The position numbers were made by a program, and so were the translations under genes. From positions 1 to 64,000 of the forward strand of contig JAWOID010000071.1 of assembly GCA_046484865.1 (NCBI GenBank): 64,000 bases of DNA, read 5' to 3'. The notes beneath the pieces were generated by a model, which worked only from the letters and a program-made list of their open reading frames with translations, searched no databases and was not told the DNA's origin. The first letter of the stretch is position 1; each line of letters opens with the position of its first letter. Positions 52,011 through 62,502 of this stretch are shown here, in pieces. The DNA comes from Candidatus Krumholzibacteriia bacterium (GTDB lineage Bacteria > Krumholzibacteriota > Krumholzibacteriia > LZORAL124-64-63).

Positions 52011-54190
52011 GACTGCACCCCGCTCTCGGCGGCCAGCTCGTCCAGGACCGCCAGGGCGTCCGACTGCGCATGGATGAAGCGGTCAACCCCCGCGGCCTCC
52101 AGCTGCGGCACGAGGTCCTTCGGGTAACCGGCCAGGATGACCGTGCGTGGACCGCCGTCGCGCTTCAGCTTCTCGGCGGTGGCCACCGCCAGCTCCTGAT
52201 AGGTTTCGTCGCGTCCCACGATCACCACCCGGGGAGCACCGCCCCGCCGGGCCGCGGCCGCCGCCTCGGTGGGCGTGTCGAACCAGCCCCGCTCCTCCAC
52301 CCGGAAGCCGCCCACCTGGAAGAAGGCGCGGGTGAAGTCGAGCCGGGGCGTGTAGCGCGCGACGTCCCCCAGGCAGCAGAGGTGGACGCGCACGGCATCC
52401 GGTTCCTCGGCCGCCCGCGCCAGCACCGCTCTGCGGAGCCGTTCGAACGGCTCGGCGGCGCGGCACGGCCGCAGCGGGGCGACCTGCGGGCCGGGCCGGA
52501 CGTCGGACCGCAGCGCCGACGTCAGCTCGCCGAGCGTGGTGCCGCGTCCAGCCGCCGCCGCGAGGGCGGGCAGGAGCTGCGCCGGCTCGGCACGGAGCAT
52601 CTCCTCCACGCGTTCGAGCTCCTGGCTGCGGTCCCGGCCGGCGGCGCCCCGCAGTCCCTGCATCGCGGCGGCCCGCTGCCGGTGCAGCGACCGGTAGTGG
52701 GGCACGTTGGGCGCGGGCGTCTTCTCCGTGGCGTCGGGGTACTGGTTGGTGCCGACGATGACGCTGCGCCGCAGGGCCGCCTTGCGCGCGCGCTCGTCGG
52801 CCACGGCTGCGATCCGACCCTGGATCTCGCCCGACGCCAGTGCCGCCATCATGCCGCCGTCGCCCTCGATCTCCTGGAAGATGGACCAGGCCAGATCCCC
52901 GAGATCGGCGGTGAGCCGCTCCACGTACCACGAGCCGCCGGCCGGATCCACCACCGCCGCCAGGTGCGACTCCTCGCGCAGGATGGTGTGGGTGTTCCGG
53001 GCGAGCCGGCGCGCCAGCTCCGACGGCAGCCCGAGGGGAGCGTCGAAGGGCAGCACGGTGAGGCTGTCCACGCCCCCCAGCACCGCAGCCATGGCCTCGG
53101 TGGTGGTGCGCAGGATGTTCACGTGACGGTCGTAGACGGTCTTGGTGAAGCTGCTCGTGCGCGCGTGCACCCGTGTGCGGCGCGCCAGGTCGTCGTCGCC
53201 GCCGCAGCTGCGCACGACCTGCGCCCACAGCACCCGCGCAGCGCGCAGCTTGGCGATCTCCATGAAGAAGTGCGTGCCCACGCCGAAGCCCAGCTGCAGG
53301 TGGGGGATGACCTCGCCGGGAGGCAGCCCCTCCCGCTCCAGGGCGCGCAGGTGCTCCACGGCCGCCGCCAGCGTGAAGGCCAGCTCCTGCGCCGCGTTGC
53401 CCCCGGCCTCGTGATAGGGATAGCCCCAGGCGGCCACGGTCCTCAGGTCCGGAGCCGAGGTGCGAGCCCAGCGCGTGAGCGCTGCCACCTCGCGGTAGAG
53501 ACGGTCGGTGCGCACGGGTAACGTCCCACGCATCGCCAGCAGCGCCACCGGATCCGCGCCCACGCAGCCGCGCAGGCGACGCGGGTCCTCGCCGCGACCC
53601 TCCACCAGTGCCAGCAGCAGCGCGGTCGCGGGCAGCGCCACGACGCCGGCGTCCAGGTAGACGGGATGCTCCTCGAGCGAGATGCCGTCGAGCGCGCGGG
53701 CGAGATCGGCCACGACGGCCACCGACAGCCCGTCGCGCCCCACTCCGCCCGGTTCGGCGTGGTCGGGATCGCGCCCGGAGCGCGACGCGGCGTCGAGCAC
53801 CAGCGCCACCGCATCCTGGCCCCGCTCGAGGTCGTGGCGCAGCACCAGGTTCAGGTCCTCGGCGAGCGGGAAGAGCAGATCCTGCACGACGTCCCAGGAG
53901 CCGCGGCGGTGATCCAGCGGCCGCATCCCCCGCAGGAAGGGGTACTCGCCCGGACACGAGGCCGTCCAGGGCAGATCATCGAGATCGGACCGGGTGTAGA
54001 TGGGTCGAAGAGTCACCCCCTCGTCGGTGGGAGTGAGCATCGCCTTCTCGAAGGGCACCCCCGCGAGCTGACGGACCACCTCGTCGTACCAGTCATCGAG
54101 ACTCGCTGCTGCGAACCCCGCCAGCAGCCGCTCGCGCGGCTCGCCGGGGTCGCCGTCGCCGGCCGTTCCCCGCCTGGGATCTCCGTCCAT
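52007..54190 (-). CDS. mutA: Methylmalonyl-CoA mutase small subunit
   Basis: [19 protein letters not shown] and [10 protein letters not shown]; lacks DxHxxG; ATGA overlap with mutB. Confidence 0.9.
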   Translation of the reverse strand: MDGDPRRGTAGDGDPGEPRERLLAGFAAASLDDWYDEVVRQLAGVPFEKAMLTPTDEGVTLRPIYTRSDLDDLPWTASCPGEYPFLRGMRPLDHRRGSWDVVQDLLFPLAEDLNLVLRHDLERGQDAVALVLDAASRSGRDPDHAEPGGVGRDGLSVAVVADLARALDGISLEEHPVYLDAGVVALPATALLLALVEGRGEDPRRLRGCVGADPVALLAMRGTLPVRTDRLYREVAALTRWARTSAPDLRTVAAWGYPYHEAGGNAAQELAFTLAAAVEHLRALEREGLPPGEVIPHLQLGFGVGTHFFMEIAKLRAARVLWAQVVRSCGGDDDLARRTRVHARTSSFTKTVYDRHVNILRTTTEAMAAVLGGVDSLTVLPFDAPLGLPSELARRLARNTHTILREESHLAAVVDPAGGSWYVERLTADLGDLAWSIFQEIEGDGGMMAALASGEIQGRIAAVADERARKAALRRSVIVGTNQYPDATEKTPAPNVPHYRSLHRQRAAAMQGLRGAAGRDRSQELERVEEMLRAEPAQLLPALAAAAGRGTTLGELTSALRSDVRPGPQVAPLRPCRAAEPFERLRRAVLARAAEEPDAVRVHLCCLGDVARYTPRLDFTRAFFQVGGFRVEERGWFDTPTEAAAAARRGGAPRVVIVGRDETYQELAVATAEKLKRDGGPRTVILAGYPKDLVPQLEAAGVDRFIHAQSDALAVLDELAAESGVQS

Positions 54191-54354
54191 CTCGCCGCCG
54201 TCCTTCCGATAATGACCGCGCCGGTCATGGGTGCGACCGCCCGGCGCGTCCGGTCCAATGTAACAGGATCGGCGCCCCCGCACGACCACGACGGCCACCC
54301 GGCGGCGGAATGGATACGGGTGGGAGCGGGAGGGCGGGGAGGCGCCGGGACGAT

Positions 54355-54948
54355 TCAGTCCGCGCGCAGGCCGCCGAGCAGGAACCCGGCGACGGCCGTG
54401 GCCTTGCTCTCGAGACGGACGTTCCGGCGCGACAGCACCCAGTCGGTGGCCATCTCGTCGAGGACGCCGAAGATGGCCTTGGCCGCGAACAGCGGGTCCA
54501 GTTCGGCACGGAACCGCCCCTCCGTCTGCCCCTGGACGACCACCTCGGCCAGGATGCCCAGGTACTCCCGCACCTGCTGGCGCGAGAGCTGTCCCATGAA
54601 GTGCACGCTGTGCCGCAACTCCACCTGGGTGATGATCGCCAGGTCACGATCTTCCCCCACCAGACCCAGGTGGAGCTCGACGATGCGCCTCAGCTTGCTC
54701 TCGGCGTCGGCCTCGCCGGGAAGCTGCGCGCGTCCCTCGTCGATGAACCGGCGCACGGCGCGATCGAAGAGCGAGAGCAGCAGGTCGTCCTTGCTGGCGA
54801 AGTAGAGATAGATGGTGCCGTCGGCGACGCCGGCCCGGCGGGCGATCATCGAGACGGTCGTCTGGTAGTACCCGCGTCGCGCGATCTCGGCCACCGCGGC
54901 GTCGAGGATCCGCTCTCGCTTTTCTCCGCTGTTGCGAGTCACCGCCAT
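54355..54948 (-). CDS. fadR: TetR-family regulator, FadR/YsiA-like
   Basis: IARRAGVADGTIYLYFASKDDLL HTH; TQVELR and IFGVLDE YsiA-type C-terminus; divergent from fadNAE. Confidence 0.8.
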   Translation of the reverse strand: MAVTRNSGEKRERILDAAVAEIARRGYYQTTVSMIARRAGVADGTIYLYFASKDDLLLSLFDRAVRRFIDEGRAQLPGEADAESKLRRIVELHLGLVGEDRDLAIITQVELRHSVHFMGQLSRQQVREYLGILAEVVVQGQTEGRFRAELDPLFAAKAIFGVLDEMATDWVLSRRNVRLESKATAVAGFLLGGLRAD

Positions 54949-55041
54949 GCCGGCTCCCCGGTCTGCCGCGCCGCCGAGGCCTGGGCAGACATGAACGACG
55001 ATTCAGCGCCTCGGCCCGTTCTGCGGGCGCGTGCCGTCTTC

Positions 55042-55070
55042 ATGATACACCACCGCAATCGGCTCGCCAA
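55042..55070 (-). promoter_or_regulatory. Putative sigma70 promoter for fadR
   Basis: Minus strand TTGGCG-17 nt-TATCAT. Confidence 0.5.
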
Positions 55071-55097
55071 GCCCCTCAAACGAGATCGCGGAGTTCG

Positions 55098-55126
55098 TTG
55101 ACACTTCTTCGCAACTCGACTAGACT
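55098..55126 (+). promoter_or_regulatory. Sigma70 promoter for fadN-fadA-fadE
   Basis: TTGACA (55098-55103)-17 nt-TAGACT (55121-55126). Confidence 0.8.
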
Positions 55127-55128
55127 AC

Positions 55129-55146
55129 TGAATGGCTATTCATTCG
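55129..55146. promoter_or_regulatory. FadR (YsiA)-type palindromic operator
   Basis: TGAATGGCTATTCATTCG resembles the Bacillus FadR box TGAATGAnTAnTCATTCA and overlaps the expected +1. Confidence 0.75.
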
Positions 55147-55234
55147 CGGCCGAAAAATGAGGCGCAGGTCGCTGTCCGTCCCGCCGTGAGGGCGCCGCGA
55201 TGGACCGCACGCACAACCGACACGGGGAGGAGCC

Positions 55235-57637
55235 ATGCGCAGGCCAGTCCGCAAAGCCGCCCTGCTGGGCTCCGGCGTCATGGGCAGCGGCATCGCCGCT
55301 CACCTGGCCAACGCCGGTATCCGTTCGCTCGTCCTGGACATCGTCCCTCGCGAACCGAACGAGGCCGAGCAGAAGGCCGGCCTCACGCTCGAGGACCGGG
55401 CCGTGCGCGACCGCATCGCCCGCGACTCCATCCAGGCCCTGCTCAAGACGCGCCCCGCCCCGCTCTACGCTCCGGAGCGCATCGGGCTGATCGAGGTGGG
55501 CAACCTCGAGGACGATCTGGCGCGCCTGCAGGAGTGCGACTGGATCATCGAGGTCGTGAAGGAAGACCTCGACATCAAGAAGAAGGTGCTGGCGGCGGCG
55601 GCACCGCACATCCCGGCCGAGGCCGTCCTGTCGACGAACACCTCCGGGCTCTCGATCGCCGCCATGGCCGCGGTGCTCCCCGAGGAGCTGCGGCCGCGGT
55701 TCCTCGGCACGCACTTCTTCAACCCGCCGCGCTACATGCGCCTCTTCGAGCTCGTGCCGGGGCCGGACACCGACCCGCAGGTGGTGACGCAGGTGGCGGA
55801 GCTGGCCCGCGACCGCCTGGGCAAGGGCGTGGTGGTGGCCAAGGACACGCCGAACTTCATCGCCAACCGCGTGGGAGTGCACGCGATGATGGCCACCGTC
55901 GAGGTCATGCAGGAGCTGGGCCTCACCATCGAGGAGATGGACGCACTGTCGGGACCGGCAGTGGGCCGGCCGAAGACCGCCACCTTCCAGCTCGCCGACC
56001 TGGTGGGCCTCGATACGTTCCTGCACGTGGCGGACAACCTCTACCCCCTCGTTCCCGGCGACGAGGCCCGCGAGACCTTCAAGGCTCCGGACTACCTGCG
56101 GCGGATGGTGGAACGGGGCCTGCTCGGTCGCAAGAGCGGCGGCGGCTTCTACAGCATGCAGAAGACGCCCGAGGGACGGGTCTTCCACACCCTCGACCTC
56201 GAGACGCTGGAGTACCGCGAGAAGCAGAAGGCCCGCTTCCCCGAGCTGGACCTGGCCAGGGGCAAGGACGACCTGGGCGAGCGGCTGCGGACGCTGGTGT
56301 GGGCCGAGGGACGCGCCGCGGAGGCCGTCTGGAAGCTGCTGGCCCCCACCTTCAGCTACAGCGCCATGCGTCTGGGCGAGATCTGCGAGCATGTCGCGGA
56401 GATCGACCGCGCGATGCGCTGGGGCTTCAACTGGGAGCTGGGCCCCTTCGAGGCGTGGGACGCGCTCGGATTCCGCAAGGTGACCGAGCGGCTGCGCGCC
56501 GACGGACGTCCGCTGCCCGCCTGGATCGACGCCCTGTACGACGCCGGCGACGAGAGCCTCTACGTGGTGGACGACGGCCGCAAGCTCGGACCCACCGCGG
56601 AACCGGGCCGCCGCGCTCCGCTGCCCGAGGACCCGCGCGCGCTGGACTTCGAGCTGCTGCGCCACGCCGGCGGCGAGGTGCGCCGCAACCCGGGCGCCAG
56701 TCTGCTGGACCTGGGCGAGGGCGTGCTCGGCCTCGAGTTCCACTCGAAGATGAACGCCATCGGCCAGGACACCATCAACATGATCAACACCGCCTGCGAC
56801 GAGGCGGAGCGGAACTGGCGCGCGCTGGTCGTCACCAACCCGGCCGAGAACTTCAGTGTCGGCGCCAACCTCATGCTGCTGCTGATGGCCGCCCAGGAGG
56901 GCGACTGGGACGACGTGGACCTGATCGTGCGCGCGTTCCAGGGTGCCAACGACCGCCTCGAGTTCTGCGGCGTGCCGGTGGTCACCGCTCCCGCGGGGCT
57001 GGCCCTCGGGGGCGGCTGCGAGGTGACGATGGCCGGCAACGCGGTACGCGCGGCCGCGGAGACCTACATCGGACTGGTGGAGTTCGGTGCCGGCGTGATC
57101 CCCGCGGGCGGCGGCTGCGTGCGTCTGTACCAGCGCAACGTGGAAGGCATCACCGACGGCGTGGACATCTACCCCGCGCTGCGCAAGACGTTCGAGACCA
57201 TCGGCATGGCGAAGGTGGCCACCAGCGCAGAGGAAGCGCGCGGCCTCGGCTTCCTGCGGCCGGGCGACGCGTGGTCGCTCAACCGTGCGCATCTGGCCCG
57301 CGACGCCCGGGATCTCGCTCTCGCCCTGGCCGACGCCGGCTGGATACCGCCCCACCCCCGGCAGGACATCCCGGTCCTGGGCACCGACGGCATCGCGCTG
57401 GCGGGCTCGTTCCTCTTCAACATGCGCGAGGGGCAGTACATCTCCGATCACGACCAGAAGATCGGCATGGAACTGGGACGCATCCTCAGCGGCGGCGAGG
57501 TGCCGCCGCGCACCACCGTCACCCACGAACGGATGCTGGAACTGGAGCGCGAGAGCTTCCTGCGGCTCATGGGCGAGCGCAAGACGCTCGAGCGCATGCA
57601 GCACATCCTGAAGACGGGCAAGCCGCTGCGGAACTAG
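55235..57637 (+). CDS. fadN: 3-hydroxyacyl-CoA dehydrogenase/enoyl-CoA hydratase (FadN type)
   Basis: [26 protein letters not shown] and FIANR; crotonase GGGCE; C-terminal GKPLRN. Confidence 0.93.
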   Translation: MRRPVRKAALLGSGVMGSGIAAHLANAGIRSLVLDIVPREPNEAEQKAGLTLEDRAVRDRIARDSIQALLKTRPAPLYAPERIGLIEVGNLEDDLARLQECDWIIEVVKEDLDIKKKVLAAAAPHIPAEAVLSTNTSGLSIAAMAAVLPEELRPRFLGTHFFNPPRYMRLFELVPGPDTDPQVVTQVAELARDRLGKGVVVAKDTPNFIANRVGVHAMMATVEVMQELGLTIEEMDALSGPAVGRPKTATFQLADLVGLDTFLHVADNLYPLVPGDEARETFKAPDYLRRMVERGLLGRKSGGGFYSMQKTPEGRVFHTLDLETLEYREKQKARFPELDLARGKDDLGERLRTLVWAEGRAAEAVWKLLAPTFSYSAMRLGEICEHVAEIDRAMRWGFNWELGPFEAWDALGFRKVTERLRADGRPLPAWIDALYDAGDESLYVVDDGRKLGPTAEPGRRAPLPEDPRALDFELLRHAGGEVRRNPGASLLDLGEGVLGLEFHSKMNAIGQDTINMINTACDEAERNWRALVVTNPAENFSVGANLMLLLMAAQEGDWDDVDLIVRAFQGANDRLEFCGVPVVTAPAGLALGGGCEVTMAGNAVRAAAETYIGLVEFGAGVIPAGGGCVRLYQRNVEGITDGVDIYPALRKTFETIGMAKVATSAEEARGLGFLRPGDAWSLNRAHLARDARDLALALADAGWIPPHPRQDIPVLGTDGIALAGSFLFNMREGQYISDHDQKIGMELGRILSGGEVPPRTTVTHERMLELERESFLRLMGERKTLERMQHILKTGKPLRN

Positions 57638-57663
57638 AACCGCGGTTGAAGGGAGAGATCGCG

Positions 57664-58863
57664 ATGAGGAACAACGGCATGCGGGACGTGGTGGTGGCCG
57701 TGGCGCGACGCACCGCCGTGGGTCGGGCCAAGAAGGGCACCCTGCGGCACACCCGCCCCGACGATCTCGGCGCGGCCGTGATCAGGAGCATCCTGGCGGC
57801 GGCCCCGGGGCTCGATCCGGCGCGTCTGGACGACGTGGTGATCGGCTGCGCCATGCCCGAGGCGGAGCAGGGCATGAACGTGGGACGCAACATCGCCCTG
57901 ATCGCCGGACTGCCCGACTCGGTGCCGGGCATGACGGTGAACCGGTTCTGCAGTTCGGGTCTGGAGACGATCAACCTGGCCGCCAACTCGATCCGTGTCG
58001 GCCAGTACGACCTGGCCATCGCCGGCGGCGTGGAATCGATGACGATGGTGCCCATGGGCGGCTACCGCTACCTGCCCAACCCCACCATCATGCAGGAGGA
58101 CCCGGCCACCTTCCTGGGCATGGGGCTCACCGCCGAGCGCCTGGCCGAGCGCGACGGGATCCCGCGCGAGGATCAGGATCGCTTCGCTCTGCGCAGCCAC
58201 CAGAAGGCGGTGGACGCCATCGAATCGGGCCGCTTCGCGGAGGAGATCGCGCCGGTGACCGCGCGGCTGCCGGGCAAGGACCAGCGCGGCAGGCCCACCA
58301 CCGTCGAGCAGGAGTTCAAGGTGGACGAGGGGCCTCGCGGCGACACGACCCTGGAGGCGCTGGCGAAGCTCAGGCCCGCCTTCAAGCAGGGCGGCACCGT
58401 CACCGCCGGCAACTCCAGCCAGATGAGCGACGGCGCCGCCGCGGTGCTGCTCTGCACCCCGGAGATGGCGAAGGAGCTGGGGCTGGAACCGCTGGCCCGC
58501 TTCGTGGGGTACGCCGTGGCGGGCGTGGAGCCGGAGATCATGGGCATCGGTCCGGTCAAGGCCGTACCGAAGGCGCTGGAACGCATCGGACTGACTCTGG
58601 ACCAGATGGACGTCATCGAGCTGAACGAGGCGTTCGCCGCCCAGGGACTGGCCGTGTGCAAGGGGCTGGGCCTGGACCCGGAGGACCCGCGGCTCAACGC
58701 GAACGGCGGTGCCGTGGCCCTGGGCCACCCGCTGGGCTGCACCGGCGCCAAGCTCACCACCACCGCCCTGCACGAGTTGAAGCGACGCGACGGCAAGTAC
58801 GCGCTGGTGACCATGTGCATCGGCACCGGCATGGGAGCGGCGGGAGTGTTCGCCGCGCTGTGA
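57664..58863 (+). CDS. fadA: Acetyl-CoA C-acyltransferase (thiolase)
   Basis: [20 protein letters not shown] and MCIGTGMG motifs. Confidence 0.95.
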   Translation: MRNNGMRDVVVAVARRTAVGRAKKGTLRHTRPDDLGAAVIRSILAAAPGLDPARLDDVVIGCAMPEAEQGMNVGRNIALIAGLPDSVPGMTVNRFCSSGLETINLAANSIRVGQYDLAIAGGVESMTMVPMGGYRYLPNPTIMQEDPATFLGMGLTAERLAERDGIPREDQDRFALRSHQKAVDAIESGRFAEEIAPVTARLPGKDQRGRPTTVEQEFKVDEGPRGDTTLEALAKLRPAFKQGGTVTAGNSSQMSDGAAAVLLCTPEMAKELGLEPLARFVGYAVAGVEPEIMGIGPVKAVPKALERIGLTLDQMDVIELNEAFAAQGLAVCKGLGLDPEDPRLNANGGAVALGHPLGCTGAKLTTTALHELKRRDGKYALVTMCIGTGMGAAGVFAAL

Positions 58864-58954
58864 GCCCGACCGGGCGAGCTCCGGCCGGCGTGAACCGGAA
58901 CGGCCGCTCGGACGACGCCTGGACGAGACGACGGACGACCAGAAGGAGACAGCC

Positions 58955-60748
58955 ATGGCCGAGACGAAGACTTCCCTCACGGGCGGCATGTTCCTGCTGC
59001 GGCCGACCGCACCGGCCGACGTGTTCACGCCCGAGGACTTCGACGAGAACCAGCGCATGATCGGGCAGGTCGTGGAGGAGTTCTGCACCAAGCACATCCA
59101 CCCGGTGGCGGAGGAGCTGGAGTACGAGGGGAAGACGGAGCTGGGCGCCCGGTTGCTGAAGGAGGCGGGCACCACGGGTCTGCTCGCCGCCGACGTGCCC
59201 GAGGCCTATGGCGGCATGGGCTCGAACAAGGCCACCATCATGCTCATCAGCGAGAAGATGGCCAACGGCGGCAGCTTCGCGGTGACTCACGGCGCCCAGT
59301 CGGGCATCGGCACCCTGCCCATCGTGTACTTCGGCACCCCGGAGCAGAAGCAGTCGTACCTTCCGCGTCTGGCCACCGCCGATCTGCTCACCTGCTACGC
59401 TCTCACCGAGCCGGGCAGCGGCAGCGACGCCCTGGCCGCCGCCACCACGGCGAAGCTCAGCGCCGACGGCCGGCACTACGTGCTCAACGGCACCAAGCAG
59501 TACATCAGCAACGCGGCGTACGCCGAGATCGCCGTGCTCTTCGCGAAGGTCGACGGCGAGCAGTTCACCGCGTTCATCGTCGACCTGAAGGCGGACGGAG
59601 TGAGCCTGGGTCTCGAGGAGAAGAAGATGGGGATCAAGGGGTCCTCCACCCGTGCCATCATCCTGGAGGACGTGCAGGTCCCCGTGGAGAACGTGCTCGG
59701 CGAGGTGGGCAAGGGGCACCTGATCGCCTTCAACATCCTGAACGTGGGGCGCTTCAAGCTGGGCGCCAGCAGCGTGGGCGGCTGCAAGATCGTGCTCGAG
59801 CAGGTGGTCCCCTACACCAGCGACCGCCACCAGTTCGGTCAGCCGCTCAACAGCTTCCCGCTGATCCGGCGCAAGCTGGCCCAGGTGGCGGCGCGGACGT
59901 TCGTCACCGAGGCCATGGTGTACCGCACCGCGGGGCTGCTCGACCAGGCCATCGGCGAGCTGGACCGCGGCGCCGACGACTACGACCTGCAGAGCATCCT
60001 CAAGGTGCAGGACTTCTCGATCGAGTGCTCCCTGATCAAGGTCTTCGCCACCGAGAGCCTGGCCCTGGCCGCCGAGGAGGGAGTGCAGATGCTCGGCGGC
60101 TACGGCTACTGCCAGGAGTACCCGCTGGAGCGCATCTACCGGGACGAGCGCATCAACCGCATCTTCGAGGGCACGAACGAGATCAACCGCATGATCGCAC
60201 CGGGGATGCTGCTCCGGAAGGCAGCCAAGAACGAGCTGCCGTTCTTCGCGGCGGCCCAGCAGGTGGCCGAAGAGCTGACCGGAATGCCCGGTCTCGGCGA
60301 CGGTGGCGAGCCCGGCTTCCTGGACGACGTGGAACGCATCGTCGCCAACATGAAGAAGGTGGTGCTGGCGACCCTGGGGCTGGCCGCGCAGAAGCACGGT
60401 CCGGCCATCAAGGACCAGCAGGAGATCCTCAGCGACGCCGCCGACATCATCATGGAGGCATACGCCTGCGAGAGCGGGCTGCTGCGTGCTCGCAAGCGGG
60501 CGGCCGCCGGCGGCGAGGAGGCCGCGGCGACCATGGCGGACATGCTGACCCTGTACGCCCATGACGCGATCGAACGGGTGGCCGTGTGGGGCAAGAACAT
60601 CCTGGGCGCCACGGTGGAGGGCGACGAGCTGCGCGCGTACCTGTCCGGCCTGCGCCGGCTCACGAAGCATGACCCGGTGAACCGTCCGCGGTTGCATGAT
60701 ATCATCGCCGGACGCGTGATCGACGCCGGCGGATACACCGTGGGCTGA
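58955..60748 (+). CDS. fadE: Acyl-CoA dehydrogenase (FadE/YusJ type)
   Basis: YALTEPGSGSDA, KMGIKGSST, RHQFG, GGYGY and RIFEGTNEINR motifs. Confidence 0.93.
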   Translation: MAETKTSLTGGMFLLRPTAPADVFTPEDFDENQRMIGQVVEEFCTKHIHPVAEELEYEGKTELGARLLKEAGTTGLLAADVPEAYGGMGSNKATIMLISEKMANGGSFAVTHGAQSGIGTLPIVYFGTPEQKQSYLPRLATADLLTCYALTEPGSGSDALAAATTAKLSADGRHYVLNGTKQYISNAAYAEIAVLFAKVDGEQFTAFIVDLKADGVSLGLEEKKMGIKGSSTRAIILEDVQVPVENVLGEVGKGHLIAFNILNVGRFKLGASSVGGCKIVLEQVVPYTSDRHQFGQPLNSFPLIRRKLAQVAARTFVTEAMVYRTAGLLDQAIGELDRGADDYDLQSILKVQDFSIECSLIKVFATESLALAAEEGVQMLGGYGYCQEYPLERIYRDERINRIFEGTNEINRMIAPGMLLRKAAKNELPFFAAAQQVAEELTGMPGLGDGGEPGFLDDVERIVANMKKVVLATLGLAAQKHGPAIKDQQEILSDAADIIMEAYACESGLLRARKRAAAGGEEAAATMADMLTLYAHDAIERVAVWGKNILGATVEGDELRAYLSGLRRLTKHDPVNRPRLHDIIAGRVIDAGGYTVG

Positions 60749-60786
60749 TCGACGACGCCGCGCAACGCAGCACACGGAGGTCGAGC

Positions 60787-61554
60787 GTGCGCACATCACC
60801 CCTGATCCTGGCCGCCGCCCTCGTGGCGGCGGCCGGGGTACTCGCCGCCGGCCCGGCACACGGCCAGATCCTCAACACCCTGCGCGGATTCGCCGACCGG
60901 GAGCCGGGCTGGAGCGGCTCGGCGACCGGTTATCTGGCCGCGGCGGGCGGCAACTCGGAGTACGAGGAATACGGCGGCGCACTCACGGTGCAGTGGCAGG
61001 GCGAGCACCAGCGGGTGCGGGCTCTGGGCTCGGGCGAGCTGAGGTCCAGCGACGACGAGCGCACCGCCGAGAACACCACCGGGCACCTGCGGCACAACTG
61101 GTTCTTCCATCGCCGACTGGCGACGGTGGCCTTCGTGCAGATCCAGCGCAATCCCTTCCAGCGGCTGGAGGAGCGCCTGCTCGCCGGCGGCGGCCTGCGC
61201 TTCGAGGTGCTGAGCCGCGAGCAGATGCGGTGGTTCCTGGGCGTGACGACGATGTTCGAGGACGAGGCGATCGAGGACGTCGCCGGACGGGAGCGGCGGC
61301 ACCGCATGTCCTCGTTCGTGTCCCTGGTGTACCGGGCGCGGGAAGGCCTCAGCGTGGACCTGACCGGCTTCTACCAGCCGCGCTGGAGCGACTTCGCCGA
61401 CGCCCGCGCCACCGCGGCGGCAGCGGTGAAGGTGGCCGTGATCGGCACCCTCCATCTCGACGTCACCGCCAGCCTGCAGTACGATGCCCGGCCGGCGCCC
61501 GGCGTGGAGACCACCGACTGGACGGTGCGCAACGGCCTGGGCGTGGAGTTCTGA
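60787..61554 (+). CDS. DUF481 outer membrane beta-barrel protein
   Basis: GGAGG RBS; signal peptide AHG-QILN; GNS, HLRHN and YQP motifs; terminal GVEF. Confidence 0.75.
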   Translation: MRTSPLILAAALVAAAGVLAAGPAHGQILNTLRGFADREPGWSGSATGYLAAAGGNSEYEEYGGALTVQWQGEHQRVRALGSGELRSSDDERTAENTTGHLRHNWFFHRRLATVAFVQIQRNPFQRLEERLLAGGGLRFEVLSREQMRWFLGVTTMFEDEAIEDVAGRERRHRMSSFVSLVYRAREGLSVDLTGFYQPRWSDFADARATAAAAVKVAVIGTLHLDVTASLQYDARPAPGVETTDWTVRNGLGVEF

Positions 61555-61581
61555 CCGCCGCGGCGGAGGTCCCGTCAGTCC

Positions 61582-62487
61582 ATGCTCGGCGCCTTGCTGC
61601 CCATCTTCGCCATCATCCTGCTGGGCTGGGCGCTGCGACGCCTGGGCTTCCCGGCCGCCGGCTTCTGGCCGCAGGCGGAACGCATCACCTACTACCTGTT
61701 CCTGCCCGCCCTCTTCGTCGGCAGCCTGGCGGTGGCCGATTTCGGATCGCTGGCCGCCGGCCGGCTCGCGCTGGCCCTCGCCCTCCCCATCGTCGTGATG
61801 TCCGCCGGTCTCCTGCTGGCGCGCCCGCACCTCCCGGTCTCCGGGCCCACCTTCACCTCGCTGTTCCAGGGCGCCGTGCGCATGAACACCTACGTGGGAC
61901 TGTCCGCCGCCGCCGCCCTCTTCGGCACCGCCGGCGTGACGATGTCCTCGGTGGCCATCGTGGCCATGATCCCGCTGATCAACGTGCTCTGCGTGAGCGT
62001 GATCACGATGTACGGCGCGCGCGGCGGGCGACCGGGCGGACGGGTCCTGCTGGAGATCGTGCGGAACCCCCTGATCGTCGGCTGCGCCGTGGGTTACGCG
62101 CTGAACGCCAGCGGCCTGGTCTTGCCGCCGGCGGCGGTGGAGTTCTTCCGGATCCTCGGTCGCGCCGCGCTGCCCATCGGCCTGCTGGCCGCCGGCACCG
62201 GCCTGCGCTTCGGCGCGGTGGGCCACGACCTGCGCGCGCTCGCCCTGGCGACGTCGGCCAAGCTGGTCGGCTTGCCGCTGCTGACGGCGGCCGCCTGCGA
62301 GCTGCTCGGCGTGGCCGGTGACGAGCGGACCATCGCCCTCGTGTTCGCCGCTCTGCCCACCTCGGCGGCGTCCTACATCCTGGCCCGCCAGCTCGGCGGC
62401 GACGTGCCGGCCATGGCCTCCATCATCACCGTCCAGCACCTGGCGGCGGCGCTCACCATGCCGGCCATGGTGGCGTGGCTGGGGTAG
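61582..62487 (+). CDS. AEC (auxin efflux carrier) family transporter
   Basis: YYLFLPALF, FQGAVRMN, NPLI and PTSAASYILARQLGGD motifs; about ten TMs. Confidence 0.9.
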   Translation: MLGALLPIFAIILLGWALRRLGFPAAGFWPQAERITYYLFLPALFVGSLAVADFGSLAAGRLALALALPIVVMSAGLLLARPHLPVSGPTFTSLFQGAVRMNTYVGLSAAAALFGTAGVTMSSVAIVAMIPLINVLCVSVITMYGARGGRPGGRVLLEIVRNPLIVGCAVGYALNASGLVLPPAAVEFFRILGRAALPIGLLAAGTGLRFGAVGHDLRALALATSAKLVGLPLLTAAACELLGVAGDERTIALVFAALPTSAASYILARQLGGDVPAMASIITVQHLAAALTMPAMVAWLG

Positions 62488-62502
62488 GTTCAGGCTGCGG
62501 GC

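Noticed and set aside
55132..57663. Apparent 1243-aa thiolase with a long N-terminal extension
   Set aside because: The extension is an alternative frame over fadN; the real start is ATG 57664 with its own RBS
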